Shown here piece by piece: positions 26,936 to 41,300 of a stretch of DNA of 64,000 nt. The stretch comes from Monocercomonoides exilis PA203 (lineage: Eukaryota; Protista; Preaxostyla), in the NCBI GenBank assembly GCA_001643675.2, contig LSRY02000027.1, positions 744,001-808,000 of the forward strand. Direction: 5' to 3'. The notes under the pieces were generated by a model, which made no database searches, had not been told where the DNA came from, and saw nothing but the letters and a program-made list of their open reading frames with translations. Each line of letters starts with the position of its first letter. Position 1 is the stretch's first letter. The position numbers and the translations under genes were made by a program.

Positions 26936-29900
26936 ATGATCCTTTCGCACTTTGTCATATATATTTTATTTTTTATTTTCGTTGTACAATCTTCTGTTGT
27001 CTCAACGAATTTGTGTGAGACTTACTCAAAATCACCTGATAGAGGAATCGGACCTTCTCCAAGAGAATCATTGGCAATGGTTACTGTTTATTCTTCTGAA
27101 CACTCATCAACTATGATTTATTTTATTGGGGGCATTGGACCTTCTGGTGAATATACCACAAATATTTTTACATATAACACAAAGACTCGTGATTTCAATC
27201 CAGTGGAAACAAACAGTTTGCTTGTAACACCAAACAGAAAGAATTTTGTTTATTTTGTTGATGGGACAAATTTTTATCTTTGGGGAGGCCAAGGCCCAAA
27301 TGGATTATCGAATGATATGTTTGTATTCAACTGCCTTGAAAATACATGGAAAGAAATTGCACAAGTCAATCCTCCAACACCTCGCCAGGGTTCTCATTTC
27401 GCTTTGTTTGGGAGATCCTTTTATATATTTGGAGGGCGAGATTTTAATGAAAAAAAAAATGATATTTGGTGTTGGGATTTAGATACAAAAGCTTGGAGAG
27501 AAATAGCATACACATCAAATGCAGACACGCCTGAAGGCCGATCGGGTGGATCTATGTATGCTTCCGCAAATTGCCTATATATTTTTGGAGGAATGACAAC
27601 AACTGGAAAATATTCACAAGAAATTTATCAATTTGACCTTACAAGTTCTTCTTGGGCAACATGCGCAACAGAAGATTCTTCGGGAGCTGAAGTTGTTATT
27701 ACGAAACGGATAGAATCATCTACTGCAATTTTTGACCAGAAAGTTTACATGTTTGGTGGATTTGATGATGAAACCCAAACATGTTCATTAGGAGATTTCG
27801 TGATACTTGATTTTTCGTCTGCTGATTCAGCTCAAAAAGTGATAGCAAATGTGATTGATATTGACAATTACGAGCTAAGGAGAAGAAAATGCGGGCTTCT
27901 TGTTATGAACAATGAATTGGACCCGACAAAAATTCAAGCTTTCATTTTTGGCGGGGACAAAGAAGGAACGACACTTGGAGATATGATTCAGGTTGATTTC
28001 ACTGTGACGTCGCTTGGAAACTCAGAGGCTTCAGCGAACAGCGACTCCTCAAACAAGAAAGAGTTCCTTCAAGATTTGGCAAGATCAATCAGTTTTGAAA
28101 GCGGGCATCGGAGAATCCGTAGCGACCAAACGCCTTCGCCTTATTCATACAGAAAGCGATTCGTCAGCAAAGTTCACAACGGGCTACAGCTGCAATTCAA
28201 TGTGATTGCTCAAAACATGCCAACAGTCCCACAGCCGCGCTCTCACCATCGAGCGCTGACTGTGGAAAACCAGATGTGGATCTTTGGAGGGATTGGAGAA
28301 GGCGGGCTGATGCTCAACGACTTGCACAGCTACAACTTCCGGACAAAGACGTGGACGGAAGCAGAGACGTTGAAAGGGACAACTGAAGCACCGTACTTGT
28401 CGGACTACTGCTTCTGCGAGCACGCTGGCAGGCTGTTCTTCTACGGAGGAAATGGCAAAGACCCCGAAACTGGCATCGTTGAGCCACGGAATGATCTGTG
28501 GGCGTATTCGACGCTGACGCACATGTGGAGGATTATTGAGCCGCTGGACAGCTATCGGTGCCCGGCTGTGACGAACGGGCTGGGAATTGTCTTACACAAG
28601 TGCATTTTTATCATTGGGGGATATGTTGGGACTGAGCCGTCCAATCAGATCTGGAGGTTCTCTCTCGTGACGCAGAAGTGGATGCGCATCCGGACGATGT
28701 ATCTTCCCAAAGCGAAGTTTGACATGGAGAACAACCCTCCGGTCTTCGAGCGGCCTTCCTTTACCAACGACGGCAGCGAGGAGGATACAGAGACACTGAA
28801 CAAAAGGAAGATTGAGTCATTTATTAGGAAAATCAACAAGCAAATAGAAAAAGAAGGAAATGATAATTTGACTTATTTCGATTTTGATGCAAGCAATTCC
28901 GACATAAATACACAAAATAGCATTGAAAATGATTCGCTGAAGCCCTTTCCAGACGTGGATTCAGTCAACAGAGCCAAGCTGAACAATGTCCAGCGGCAGA
29001 AGGCTCTGATGGGAGAGATTCCGAACGCTGTTCAGTATGAGCTGGAGCCTCGAGGTGCTCCTTTTGTGTTCCCTACGACTCGTAGTGTGGGAGGCGGTGA
29101 TGACAAGTGGGATTTCCTGCTGATTGGAGGAGGCATATCCGCGTTCAAGCAGTCCATCACAACGATTGATCAGGTGCTGATTGACTTTGACTTGGACGAC
29201 GCCTCGTATTACCGCGACACAGAGAACTTCACCAGACCGTATGCGTATTTCTCAGACCCCATCGATTTGGGGCTGCAGCCTGGCGAGCCTGCACCGATTT
29301 TCCATCAGAGCTACACAATTCCAACTGACAAAGGGTTTGTTTCATACGGAGGCCTGGATGTGGATTATCCTCAGAGCTATTTGACGTATGTGGATCTGAG
29401 CAACGTCAGTGCTCCGGTTGTGATGAACCAGGTTGATCTGAACTCTCAGCCATTCCTGAAGATGGCTGGCGGTGCGGCAGTGTTCTTCGGGAGGACTATG
29501 TACACCTTTGGTGGGATGATCATTGGGAAGAACATTCCGACAGAGCAGCAGCCACACAATCAGATGGTGATCATTGAGATGAAGGGCATGATCAACTGCT
29601 CACCGGGGACGTATAATGAAGATCCTGCTGATTCAAGTTCTGCGTGTGTTCCTTGTCTGATTGGCTCATTCACCAAAAAATGGAAGACGAAAGAATGCAC
29701 TCTTTGTCGTGCTGGTTCTGTTGCTGAATGGGAAGGCGCCTCTTCGCCTTATCATTGCAAGTCTTGCCCGTCTGGTTACTATAACAACAGAGAAGGATCT
29801 GGATCATGCACGCCTTGTTCGGAATCTTCGCTTTTCCTGAACAGTCCTCTTTCTTATTCTGAATCTCTAAACGAAACAAAACAAATAAGCCTTTTGGATG

Positions 29901-31481
29901 CTTTCAACGGATATTCAACTAATACTTCCAGTGCAAACTCCAACAACACAGGAATTCACAAAAGCAGCGACGAAGCGAAGAACTATTGCCCTGTGGGTTC
30001 AACCACAAATCTCGCTGCTTTTCCTCCGAGTGCCAGTCCAGAGTATCAGCCGCCGTTTTACCAGACGATGGATGCAATTTCAGACATCCTGATGATCGCC
30101 TGCTATTTCGGGGGAATTGCTCTGGGTCTTATTTTGGGCACGTTAGCTTGCATCTGCCCGACGAAGAAGTACATCTATTTCATCGATGCATTTTCTGAGT
30201 CTAACCCTGAAAAACACGATCCGGTGACGCACAAAGCACCGAAGATTCTGCGCAAGTCGAAAGTGGGGGCCTTTGTGACCATCACGTTTGTGACGTTTCT
30301 TGTGTGTGCGGTGGCGTGTATCATTGTGGAGTTTGCGATCAACAACACTACAGAGACAAAGACACTCATCTCGTCTGCGATGTATCCGCAGTCGAAGCTG
30401 AGCCAGGCAACCATCGACAACATCGAGTTTCTGATCACATTTCGCGATATGCATGCAACGTGTGTGGAAGGAGAAAAGGACGTGACGAAGGAAACAGGCT
30501 GGGGAACATGTGCAAAGACACTCCAAATTAACACTCAGAACTTTGTCAACGTAAGTTTGCAGTTAATTAATTTCCTTTCTTTTTATTAAGAAAAATTTGT
30601 GTCTCTTATTGAAATTATTGCTTATTCTTTCAATTAATTCAATTCTTATTTCGATTAATTTTTATTTTCTAATAAAAAATTAATCTTTTTCAGAGGGCGG
30701 AGAACCATTCGATATCAAATGCCATCAGTCGCCATCAAACAACATTTTCCACAACACTGTCGCCAACTGCGATGTGCGTCTTGTGGCAGGCCTTTCCAAA
30801 ATGATTTTCTCCGACGATATTTCTCCGAAGATATCCATCCAGTCGACGGAAGAGGAGGCGCATGCGTTTGCTGTGTACACCTCGATGAAAGTGGACACTG
30901 GAATCCAGTTCAAGAACAAGACAGAGAGATTGTCGTTCCACAGCCTCTTGGCACAGACAGAGACAGGAGATGCCATCAAAGGCAAGACGCCGTTGAAGTT
31001 CATGTTTTCGCTGATTCACTCTCTTTTTGTGGATGATGAGGACAATGAATTCAATGGGATGCAGATTGTGAAGTCTTCATATACGCTGGGCTCTACTGCA
31101 ACCAATGACGATATGTTTGTTGATTACGGGCTGATGATGGAAGTTGACTTTGAGAAGGATATCGACTTGCTCCAGACGAGCTGGCTTGCTCGTGACAAGT
31201 GGTTCACGTTCTTTGCAAACATGCTGTCAACGCTGATGGGATTCATGGGTATCTTCTCTATTTGCGTGTGGTTTGTGCAGAAGTTCATGACATTTGACAC
31301 GAAGCTGTCTGTCAAAATGCGGAGATATTTGTGGGGAGAGGCAGATGATGGCCAGCCACTGTTGGCGCAGGAGAAGAAGCATCCTGTTGAGAACAAAGAA
31401 GCTGACCTTCCAGTTGCAGGCAATTCAGACCAGGATGAGCTCTATGGAGAAAAATCAGTTAGACTTCCTCCGCCTATTTAA
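26936..31481 (+). CDS. Kelch-repeat / Cys-rich-repeat multi-pass membrane protein, paralogue 1 (~1,468 aa)
   Basis: Signal peptide MILSHFVIYILFFIFVVQSS; about 12 kelch-type blades (PxPR...hhGG...ND...W); CxxGxY/F repeats (CSPGTY, CLIGSF, CRAGSV, CPSGYY, YCPVGS; ephrin-receptor-like/GCC2-GCC3 type); three hydrophobic helices near the C-terminus. Exons 26936-30554 and 30694-31481 (phase-1 intron GTTTGC...TTCAG). Confidence 0.87.
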
Positions 31482-32359
31482 AAAAAAAAAGCTTTTGACA
31501 CTCTATTTTGTTGTATTGTTGTTATTATTGAATTTTGCACATCGTTATCCTATTCATTTCTTCCTTCGTTACTCTGTTTTTTTCTATTTATTTCGTACAC
31601 TTACAAATCTTTATGAAAGCATGCAGGGGCTTTTTTGTTTTGTTTTGATTCAATGATGATATTTCTTCATTATTGATTTAGAAATTTTTCATTTTTTTAG
31701 GTTTGTGCTATTTTTGTTAAAGTTTATGGCTTTTATATATCATAACTTCATTTTTTTTAGTTTTTTTTAGCGTTTAATCGCGATAATGTTTGGTTAAGAA
31801 CCTTCTTTCTTTTCAACCTGAATATAAATAAAAAAATATCATTTTTACCCCGTCATCATTTGCATGTTAAACACTTCAGCTTTGTTGGTTATGTATGTGC
31901 TAATCAAATATGATCAGTAAGGTTTGTCTCAAACTCTTAGTCTATTCTTTTTACAGAGTGTGCAATGAACTTTGCACCATCAAATCACTTCTATGTTTGC
32001 TTTATTTTTGGTCATCACTTTCATTTCATTCAGACTTTCTCTGTTTGTGTTATATGTACGTAAGAATACAAAGCTGTTTCAAACGTATGATATGTAACTA
32101 TTCTATTTTTGCTTTTCCTTTTAAGTGTCAAAACTTATTCAAATCAGTATTTAATATTTTGTGTGATTAATGAAATAATTTCAGTGAAATGAAAACTGTG
32201 ACTCAACAGTTGCTGTTTATTTTTGTAAGATTTTGTCTTTGGTTAATATCAAACTTATCTATCATTGAAATACAATTGAATGACATTTTCCTCAAAATTG
32301 ATGATCTTCATTCAGAAACCTTTATTTTTTCATGAGGAAAATTTAATTATTTTTCAAGA

Positions 32360-35300
32360 ATGATTGGGCTTTCTCCTGGTGTAGAGACTAAATCACAAAG
32401 TCCTTCATTTTTTTATGATGATGATTTGCATGTGCAAATATTTATTGATGATATTTACTTGGCATTTTCCTATCTTGGGCAGCAATATAATATTACGTTA
32501 TTATCGCTAAGGTTTTTTTAGAATTGTTCATATATTATTCATTTTCAACTATTAATTAGATCAATATCCTTAAATTCAATAAAGCTAGTAAAATTATCAC
32601 CAGACCTTAGATTTATCACGTTACTGAAGATTAAAAATGATATTGTATTTTTCTGTATTTCTTTTGAAAAAGAATTAAATGTAATTAATTTTTATCTCAG
32701 GCTGTAATAGATACTTGGACAGATTCGCTTGATTTTATTTATCCGGGGCAGACTTTGAGAAAAGCGGGACTAATTGTTCACTCAATACAATGGATTGGAC
32801 ACGGAGACGAAAAAGCAAAGAACTTATCGCATCCAGAAAAAGTTGCATTACCATATGATATGCAAAAATGTTGGACAAAATATCCTTATAACACAATTAC
32901 CAAAACAACAACAAAACCTGATTTTGATCTTCAAAATAAGCCTTTAACTGCACTTTATTCTCCTTCTAGTTCTCCAAAAAGATTCATTAATCCACCAAAA
33001 ACTAAAAAAGAATCGAATGATGAGAATTCAAAATCCTTGTCATTTTTTGGAAGATTGAAAAATGCATTTTCTTCAACTCCTTCTGAGCCGCAAAAGTCTG
33101 AATCTCCTGTCAATTCAATTTCAATTCACAGCAACGCGAATCCTTCTTTGAAAGTGCAACCACGCCCAGATTCTATTCAGCTTCATGCGCTTCTTGTAGT
33201 TTCAACGTCTGGAATTGAAGTGTATGAAGTTAATGAAAAGAACATGGACATAACTCTGGTTGAATCAAAGCCATTAGAAATTAAATGGTGCAAGACTTTG
33301 GCAAATCCAGATTTGCTGATAACTTTTGGAGGAGAAACAAAAGAAAGGGAAAGGCGCGAGATCGGAACTTGGAGCGACTGGACTATCAGAGAAGAGATTC
33401 ATCGTACAGAAAAAGAAGAAGACAAACAGATTGAAAGAATGATTCATAATGAAATATTGAAGATTAAAAAGGAAAGAAAGGGAAACTTCAAAACAGAAAA
33501 AAAGAAGGAAGAAGAGAAAGCGAAATCCAAGCCAAATATTGACGAATTTGAGGATGTGGATTTTTCCGATCCACTTTCGCAATTTGCCGCAGAAGCACAA
33601 ACATCCAATGTTTTTGATGAGCGAACATTTCATTCGCAAGCAGTGCTCGAAAGATCAGAAAGCCATCAACTGGACACACGTTTGTTTTCTTCTGAAGGAA
33701 TTCATTCTATCATTCAGTCAGATGCTTCTCAACAAAGTGGCACATATTCCAACAACAATAACTCTGATAAAAAGAAATATTCAAAAGAGCAGAAATTTAC
33801 TAACACCGAAAATTCGCAGCGAAATAACTTGGGTCATCAATCAAAGCAGGATAAGCTTGAATTGTTTGAGATTGAAGAAGGAGAAGAATCATTTCTTTCA
33901 ATTGCTGATCAAAAGAAAACTCGAAAAGGAAAAAAATCGCAAAAAAATAGTCAATCTGTTTCCAAGATACCAGAATCAGAAGAAGATGACGAAGACGAAG
34001 AAAGCATCAAAAAAAAGGCAGAAAAGAGCAAAAAACAAAAGAAACCAGCAGAAAGCGCAGACAAGCGTTCTTCTTCCTCAAATGGACAATCAAAGGAAGC
34101 GCTTGATTTATCAAAGGAAAATAATCCTTCCAACATAAATCAGGTCAATGATCAGTTTCAACTTGTCGGCAGAATCTCTTCCTCACGTAATGTTCCTATT
34201 CTTCCTCCGCCTTTTGTGATGTCAAAGCAGTCATCGCTTCCACGTGACACTGATACTTCTTCATCAAAGCCTGCTCCTTTATTCAATATTCCAAGTCCTC
34301 TTGAGCCATCTCCTCTTCTTCAAAATCCACAGCAAGCTCCTCTTCAATCATTTCCTTCAACACCTGTTTCTCCGTCTTCCACAATCACTTCCTCTTCTTC
34401 CTCTTCTTCCTCTTCTTCCTCTTCTTCTTTCCCTCTCCCTCCTGCTCCTCTTCCAGTCACTCATCAGCTTATTTTCAAGCGCCGTTTTCTTCGGCGCATT
34501 GTCCGGCAGCGAATAAGAACAGATGTTGTAACTCATTCACCTGTTGCGCTGTTAAAAGTGTTTTTCATTCCATCTCCTGTTTTGACGCATTACTCAGAGT
34601 TTGTGGCAAACCACATAAAGAAATACGGATTAGAAGATAGAAAAGAAATCAGTCAAAATTTTAAACTGGGTCAGAATAACTATTCTCAAAGGGATTATTT
34701 TTCTTCTTCTTCTTCTTCTTCTTCAATGAATTCTTCCTCAGCTTCATCAGCAGTCAATTCCTTTTTCCCATTTTTCCAGCAGCAACAACAGCAACAACAA
34801 ATGCAACAGCAAAAAAGCGGATCTTCTCACGAATCGAAGCAGCTTCTGTATGCCTTCACAAAAAACATCGATTTTCTTGTTGCTTCTTTTGTGTCGTCTG
34901 CACCAAAAAGAGGGGTTGTGAAGATCGTTCCAATGGAAGAAATTGAAGTGCAGTTGGATGGGCTGTATGAGAATAGCCTGCTGAAACAGAGAAGAGAAAA
35001 TGCAGAACAGCACAGCTCATTGGCAGAAGCAGATCGATTTGGTTATTCATATCAGAATGTCAATGACGAGTGCAATTATTACAGTGGATTTGGGGGAAAC
35101 GAGCAGAGTGAAGGTTTTGGGTCAAGAACAGAATGGACAAAAGATCAGTTTGGCAGGCAGTTTGAGGATTGGGAAGAGAAAATTGAGGTTGTGGAGAAAG
35201 AAGAAGAGATTAGAGAAGAGGAAGAAGAAGTGGTGATTACAATAGATGATGAAATGATAGATAACGAAATGGATGATGAACTGAACGACGACAATAGCAA

Positions 35301-38300
35301 TGCTGCTGGCAAGCCATTTGTTGATATAAAATGTTCATTTATCAATGAAACTGGCTATGATAACAGCAGAAATGTTGTCAATAATAAAGCATCATCATCT
35401 TTCCAAACTGATTTCCTTCCCTCACAAAATCAACAGAATAATGAAAATCCAGCACCTTCTGTGCTTTTTCCATACTATTCCAGACAGCCTGATGATTCCG
35501 AAGACAGCAAAAACGATGAAAGTGACTCAAACAAGTTGTCTTTCACTTCTCAATCTCGAACTGCTACTCGTCCGGCCGGAGCCGTTTTATTCCCCATTTC
35601 TCTTATCGACACCTCCTCATCTCACTCATTCGAGCAGCACACTTCACAAAACAGACCCCCTTTTCATTCTCTTCTGCCTAATCATTCCATTTCGCTTTCT
35701 TCTTCATTTTTTCAGCTGTGTCTTTTGTATGGAAGACCTTACCTCCTCTTCTTGCACCCGACTTACAGACGCGCTCCGCTTTCTCCCCAAATCAGCTCAG
35801 ATTTCAATTCACAACAATATTCATTTCAGAATTCTTCTTCCTCTGCTTCCTCTGCTTCCTCCTCCTCCTCTTCTTCTTCTTCTTCTGTGAGTGACACATC
35901 AAATCAAACAAACATGTTCACTTTTCAGTCTGCATCAACAGTTTCTCTTTCTTCTCTGATTCCTCATTCACTGTCTGTTATTCCTATTCCATTGACAGGT
36001 TACCCCCATCCTCCGTTACCTCAAGGTTTGTATTTGCTCTTGAATTGTTTTTAAACATATGTTTTTTAATTGATAATTTATTTTATTAATAATATTTTCT
36101 CAAACAAATATTTTAATTTTCTTTCTTTCTTTCTTTTAAGGAGTTATTCCACTTCCAGATCAGCCCTCTCTTCCTCCATCACTTCCTCTGTTTGGTCTGC
36201 CTTGGGATGCTTCATCATCTTCCCTTCAAAAAAATAGCACAAACACAAAAACAGGGAAAGATTCTGAGCCTGCAAAAACGAACATTTCTAAGCGTTATTT
36301 CCCGTATGAGAAGCATTTTGGAAAAGGAATGCAATTTTTGAAGGATTCTTCAAATTCGGAAGACTCGTTCAAACAACCGGAAGCAACTTCTAACACAAAT
36401 AAATGTCAATTGAAACATCAAAAATCCAGTTTTTCGTCTTTTTCGCAGAAATTACTTCAAAAGACTCAATCAAAAAAGCCCTTTGAAGACCATTTCCGAT
36501 TCATCACTCTCAATTTTGAACCCAAAAAGATGTCATTGTTTCATTCGCTCTCTTCCTCTCTCCCACCTCTGCAGTCTTCTTTCTATCCACATCATCTCTC
36601 TTCTGCCTACAGCCTTTACACAAGTCAACTTTTCCCTTCATTTCCTTCTTTGCCATTTCATCCTTCTTCAAATCAGCTTCTCTTTCCATCTCAGAATCAC
36701 CCCCGCCACTTCATTCGCCCTTTCACAATTACACCAGAGTGTCCTTTTCCTCTCTCATCTGCATCTTCCTTCCCTTTCCTCTCACTCTCCTTTAATGAAA
36801 CATCTTCCCCTCTTTTAACCGAATCTGAGCAGCTTTCATCGTCTCAGTCTCCTCTTTCCTCGCCTTCTCCTCTTCCTTCTCCTTCGTCTGAGCAACAAAA
36901 ATCTTCTTTGCCATTTTTCCGTTCTTCCTCATCGCTTTCTCCATCACCTGAAAGGGATCAATCACCTTCCCCTTTTCAAGAACAGTCAAAAGCAAAGCAA
37001 TCACAGAATTCTCCTCTTTATATGGCACTCAATCCATTTTGCATTCCTGTCTATTATCATTTCGATCCTCAGACAGTTCAACCGCTTGTGAAGATGCTTC
37101 CAATGATACCAAGTCAATCAAGAAGTTCATTAAACAATGAAGGCATTTCATCTGAAAATGATTCTTCTTCATTCACACATCGCTTCAGTGATGAAGAAGC
37201 TAATTATTCAATGACAGAACAACTTCATTGCAATTCAATGAATAATAACAATTTATCATCAGACGAGCAATTTGTGGAATGCTGCAGTATTCATTCAAAA
37301 CTCCTTCATAATTCAAACATCGGCATTCACAATTCAAATCCATTTAACCATACAAATGAAATTTTATCTTCTTGTTTTGAAAATCGTTCAAAGGAATCAT
37401 TTGCAAAAGAAGAATCTCATCGCAAGTTGTGTGAGTGGCTGTCTCATTCATCAAATGCTCAAATTGTTGTTTCTCTGTTTTCAGCAGAGCCAAATCTGTT
37501 TTTTCCAAATGTTTCGTTTCGTCTCCGCAATGAAATTGCAAAGCAAATGAGAAAACACGAAACAAAAAGTGATTTTGAAAGAGAATCGAATGATGGTTCT
37601 TTTTCTTCTTCTTCTTCTTCTTCTTCTTCCTTTTTCTTTTTCAATTACACAACTCCAAATTCCCTTGGCATTTCTCCAATTGTCTCTTTGTTCACAAATG
37701 AGACATTTCGATCTCGTCTGTCTTTTGGCAATGCAAAATGCCAATCGTCGTATTTCTTCCGTTCTCTCGATAATGTGAATGAAGAAGAGACTCAAAATGC
37801 ATTGAATAATTCTTCAGGCGAAGCATATATTAAAAAGGCAGACGCACAGAAGGAGAAAGAGGCTGCTTCTCCATTGCCATCTTCTCCTTCGTCTTCTTCT
37901 CAATCTCCAAGCTTCGCCTCACAGTTGTCTTCGGTGCTTGATCGGATTTCTGAATCGGTTTCTGATTTTACTTCGGTTTTCAATCCATCGTTTCCTTCAT
38001 CCTCATCGTCTTCTTCTTCTTCTTCTTCCTCCTCCTCTCGGTCATCTTTTAGTTCTGAAAATAACGAATGGAAAACGCAACATGATATGTACAAGAAATT
38101 ATTCGACTTAGCTCATCTTCAAAATAAAACAGCTATGCCTTCCATTTCAAAGGATGAAGCTTTTAATCATATTGACTGCGCAGCACACGCTCACTCAACA
38201 AAATCTCAATCATCATTACCAGCTCTCTTTCCTTCGCTTCCATCAAATCCTATTCTTGTTCTTTTGGATCTTCCTGGCTCTTCTTTCTCGTTTTCTGTGA

Positions 38301-41300
38301 TAGACAATATGATTCTCATTGTGTCAAACATTGGCATTGCAACACTTGTTGACTTGAAAATGCTTTGTTTGGAAGAAGAATTGATGGAGCTTGAAGAATC
38401 GGAACAAAAAGTGTCTTTATCAACTAGTAATGAATCATTTGATGGATCTGACAAGAAATCAAAATTGAACTCAGAAGAAAAAGGGAAATACCAAAATGCT
38501 CATTCAAAGATAACATCGAGCATTCTGATCTCTTCTTCTTCTGACACAAAATCCAAACTGCTTTCTTCTGTTTCTTTTTCTCGTTCTGAAGCTTATTCCA
38601 CAGACAAACCTTTGTCAAATGCAAAGGAAATGCCATCTGTCTCAGCCCCAATCATCACTTCCACTCCGTTTCCTTTTCTCTGTTTGCACTCGTTTACACA
38701 CGCTGTGGAAGAGGAAGAAGGTGAAGATGCTGACTGGAAAGGGCAATGTGTTAGCGACTCGGGTTCCTGCTGTCCTGGCTGCAATGCTTGGTGCAATGAG
38801 AGAAGAAGAGAAAGAGAGAAAAGAAAAGAGATCGAATATTATCAGCAGCTCAAACAATCAGAAGAGCAAAGAAAAACATTTGAAAGCGCTTCTTCGTATG
38901 GGAATGCCTCATCATTTGGAAGATTGCAGTATCCTTTTGGAACTTCTTCTTCGTCATTCTCACCTTATTCTCCTTCTCCTTCTCCTTCTCCACCACCGCC
39001 TCCACAGTCATTTTCTCACTTCACTCGTTTGGGTTGCATGTGTTCTCGCTTTGCAAAAAGTATGCATGATCACATTAATGCGCACATCATTGAGCGAGGA
39101 TTTGATCCAATACCATTTTCATCTTATGTTACATCATTGTCCGCTTCTTCTTCAGGTTCTTCTTCAAACTTTTATTCAAATTCTTTCTCTTCTTCTTCTT
39201 CATTATCGTCTCATTCCGCCAATAGCATTCAAATAAATCCAAAGTACAATGAAATTGAGGTTGATCCTTTTCTTTCGTCGATATCTCTGCTTCCAGATGG
39301 GCTTATCCACAACTCAGTGACTTGCAAAACACATCACATGAGCATTTATTTAAGAGAACTTTGCAATATTTTTTGTACCAACAAGATAAATATGATTTCA
39401 ATTCGAAAAGACAACTCCTTCAACGCCAAGTTTGCACATTTGTTGAACGAACATGATCTAAAGTTTCATGCACTGCTTGCATTCTTAATCCGTCGCAATC
39501 TCGGAAAACAGTTCATTCTTTCATCACTGTACGACACTTTTCTGAACACTTCTGTTCCGTTAAAACCAGCAGCTGCCTGTCAACTTCTGCTGTTCTGCTT
39601 ATTTTCTTGCCTGTTTGTTAGAGATTGGATTGGTTTTATCGGAAGCATACCCATTTCTGAAATGCAACATTCAAACGAACTTATTCTTCCTGAAAGAAGT
39701 ATTGTTTCATTCACTAAAGAAGATTTGAGAGAAAAAAGTGAAGACTATTTGAAAGAAGCGATTGAAACTTTTGACAAAAAAGAAAATTCCATTCAGCTGA
39801 TAAAAACAATGATGGATGAAAAATTAATGTCTCCTCTATCTTCGTTGTCTCGTAACGACTCTGTTGTGATCTCACCATTTTCTTCGTCTAGCCATTCTCC
39901 TTCAAACACTTTTGTTCTTCTCAACCAATATTCAAGAAGCACAAAAAATAATTCCTCATTTGCTTCGAACGGAAGAAAGCTTGAATATTTCAGTGAAGAC
40001 ATTAACTCAGACAGAAAAGATGGAAGAATGCAAAAAAAGCAATCAAATGCTTCTGATTTTTCATCTTCTTCTTCTCATAAACGCAATGCAATCACCCTTC
40101 TTGCAATGATGAGCGGGATTGAAAGACTGTGGCTGGCACAGAAGGAATCAAACGAAGATGAGGAATTGGATGCAAGCTTCAGTTCTTTCAATGGAAATAC
40201 ATTGGATATTGCTTCCAACTCTGATTCCTCATTGTTATATCCCTGTTGTTGCTGTTGTGGATATCAAAAACTTGGCAATGATCAAAAATTGCACTCCGTT
40301 CTAAATCCAAACGAAATTGAGCTGAGAGAGCTTTTGTGTTATATGCTGCATCAACCCAGAAGCGAGTGTATTCCTTCGTTTTTTTCATTAAATGCAAACT
40401 GCCCCAGGTGCATGCAAAGAATTGAAGAAGAGTTTTCATCAAAAGCTGATTGTTTCAGTGCTTTAAATTCAAATGTTTTTGATTGTAACTTCCATGAACA
40501 GCTTTTCTCTCTCGCAGTTCATTTCCCAGAAATCGATCAATCTTCGCCATTTCAACAGCTCACAAATTCAGCTCCACAGCAATCTTTTTCGCCTTCTAAA
40601 AATTTTACTCCAACTGCCAACGCAAAGTTTGGATCATCATATTCTGGAAGCAATACACGAATCTCAACAGTTTCATCTTTCCCTCGTTCTGTTTATGGCG
40701 CATCACCGTCTTCAACGAATTCATCTTATGCAGCTTCTTCACCAGCTTCTTCCTCATATAGAAGCTCTTCAAATTCTCCAGCTTTTCCAGGACAGAACAC
40801 TTCCACTGCCCGCGATGATTCTCTTTCTCTTAAAGTTGTTGAGTGGATGGCATCTCTTCGTATGATTGATGGTGAAGATATCGTGTGGCTTTTGTTGGAT
40901 TGTTGGAGAAAAGCCTTTTCAACTCTGAATAACACAAGAGTTAGCCATCCAGATTATGACTATGATTTTTATCATTTTAATGGAAATAATGGAAAAAGTG
41001 CATTTTCTGAGTGGAGCAAAAGCGATGCTTCGAATTCTTTGAATGAATTCACTTTCACTCCCAGTAGTATTTTCCCGTCATTCATGCAGTTTGATGAAGG
41101 AATGAGTCCGGAAGGGTTGACCATTTACGAGCCAGGAAGTGATAGTCTATCAACTTCTATTCGTCATTTTCCGCTTTCATATCTGTTTCAATTTAATTGT
41201 TCATCTCATACTCAACTTCTTAAACGGTTTCTAACTTCTTCAAGCTCGGCTTATTCAATTATTTCCTCTCCAACCTCGCTTTTTAAGACAACGTCAACTA

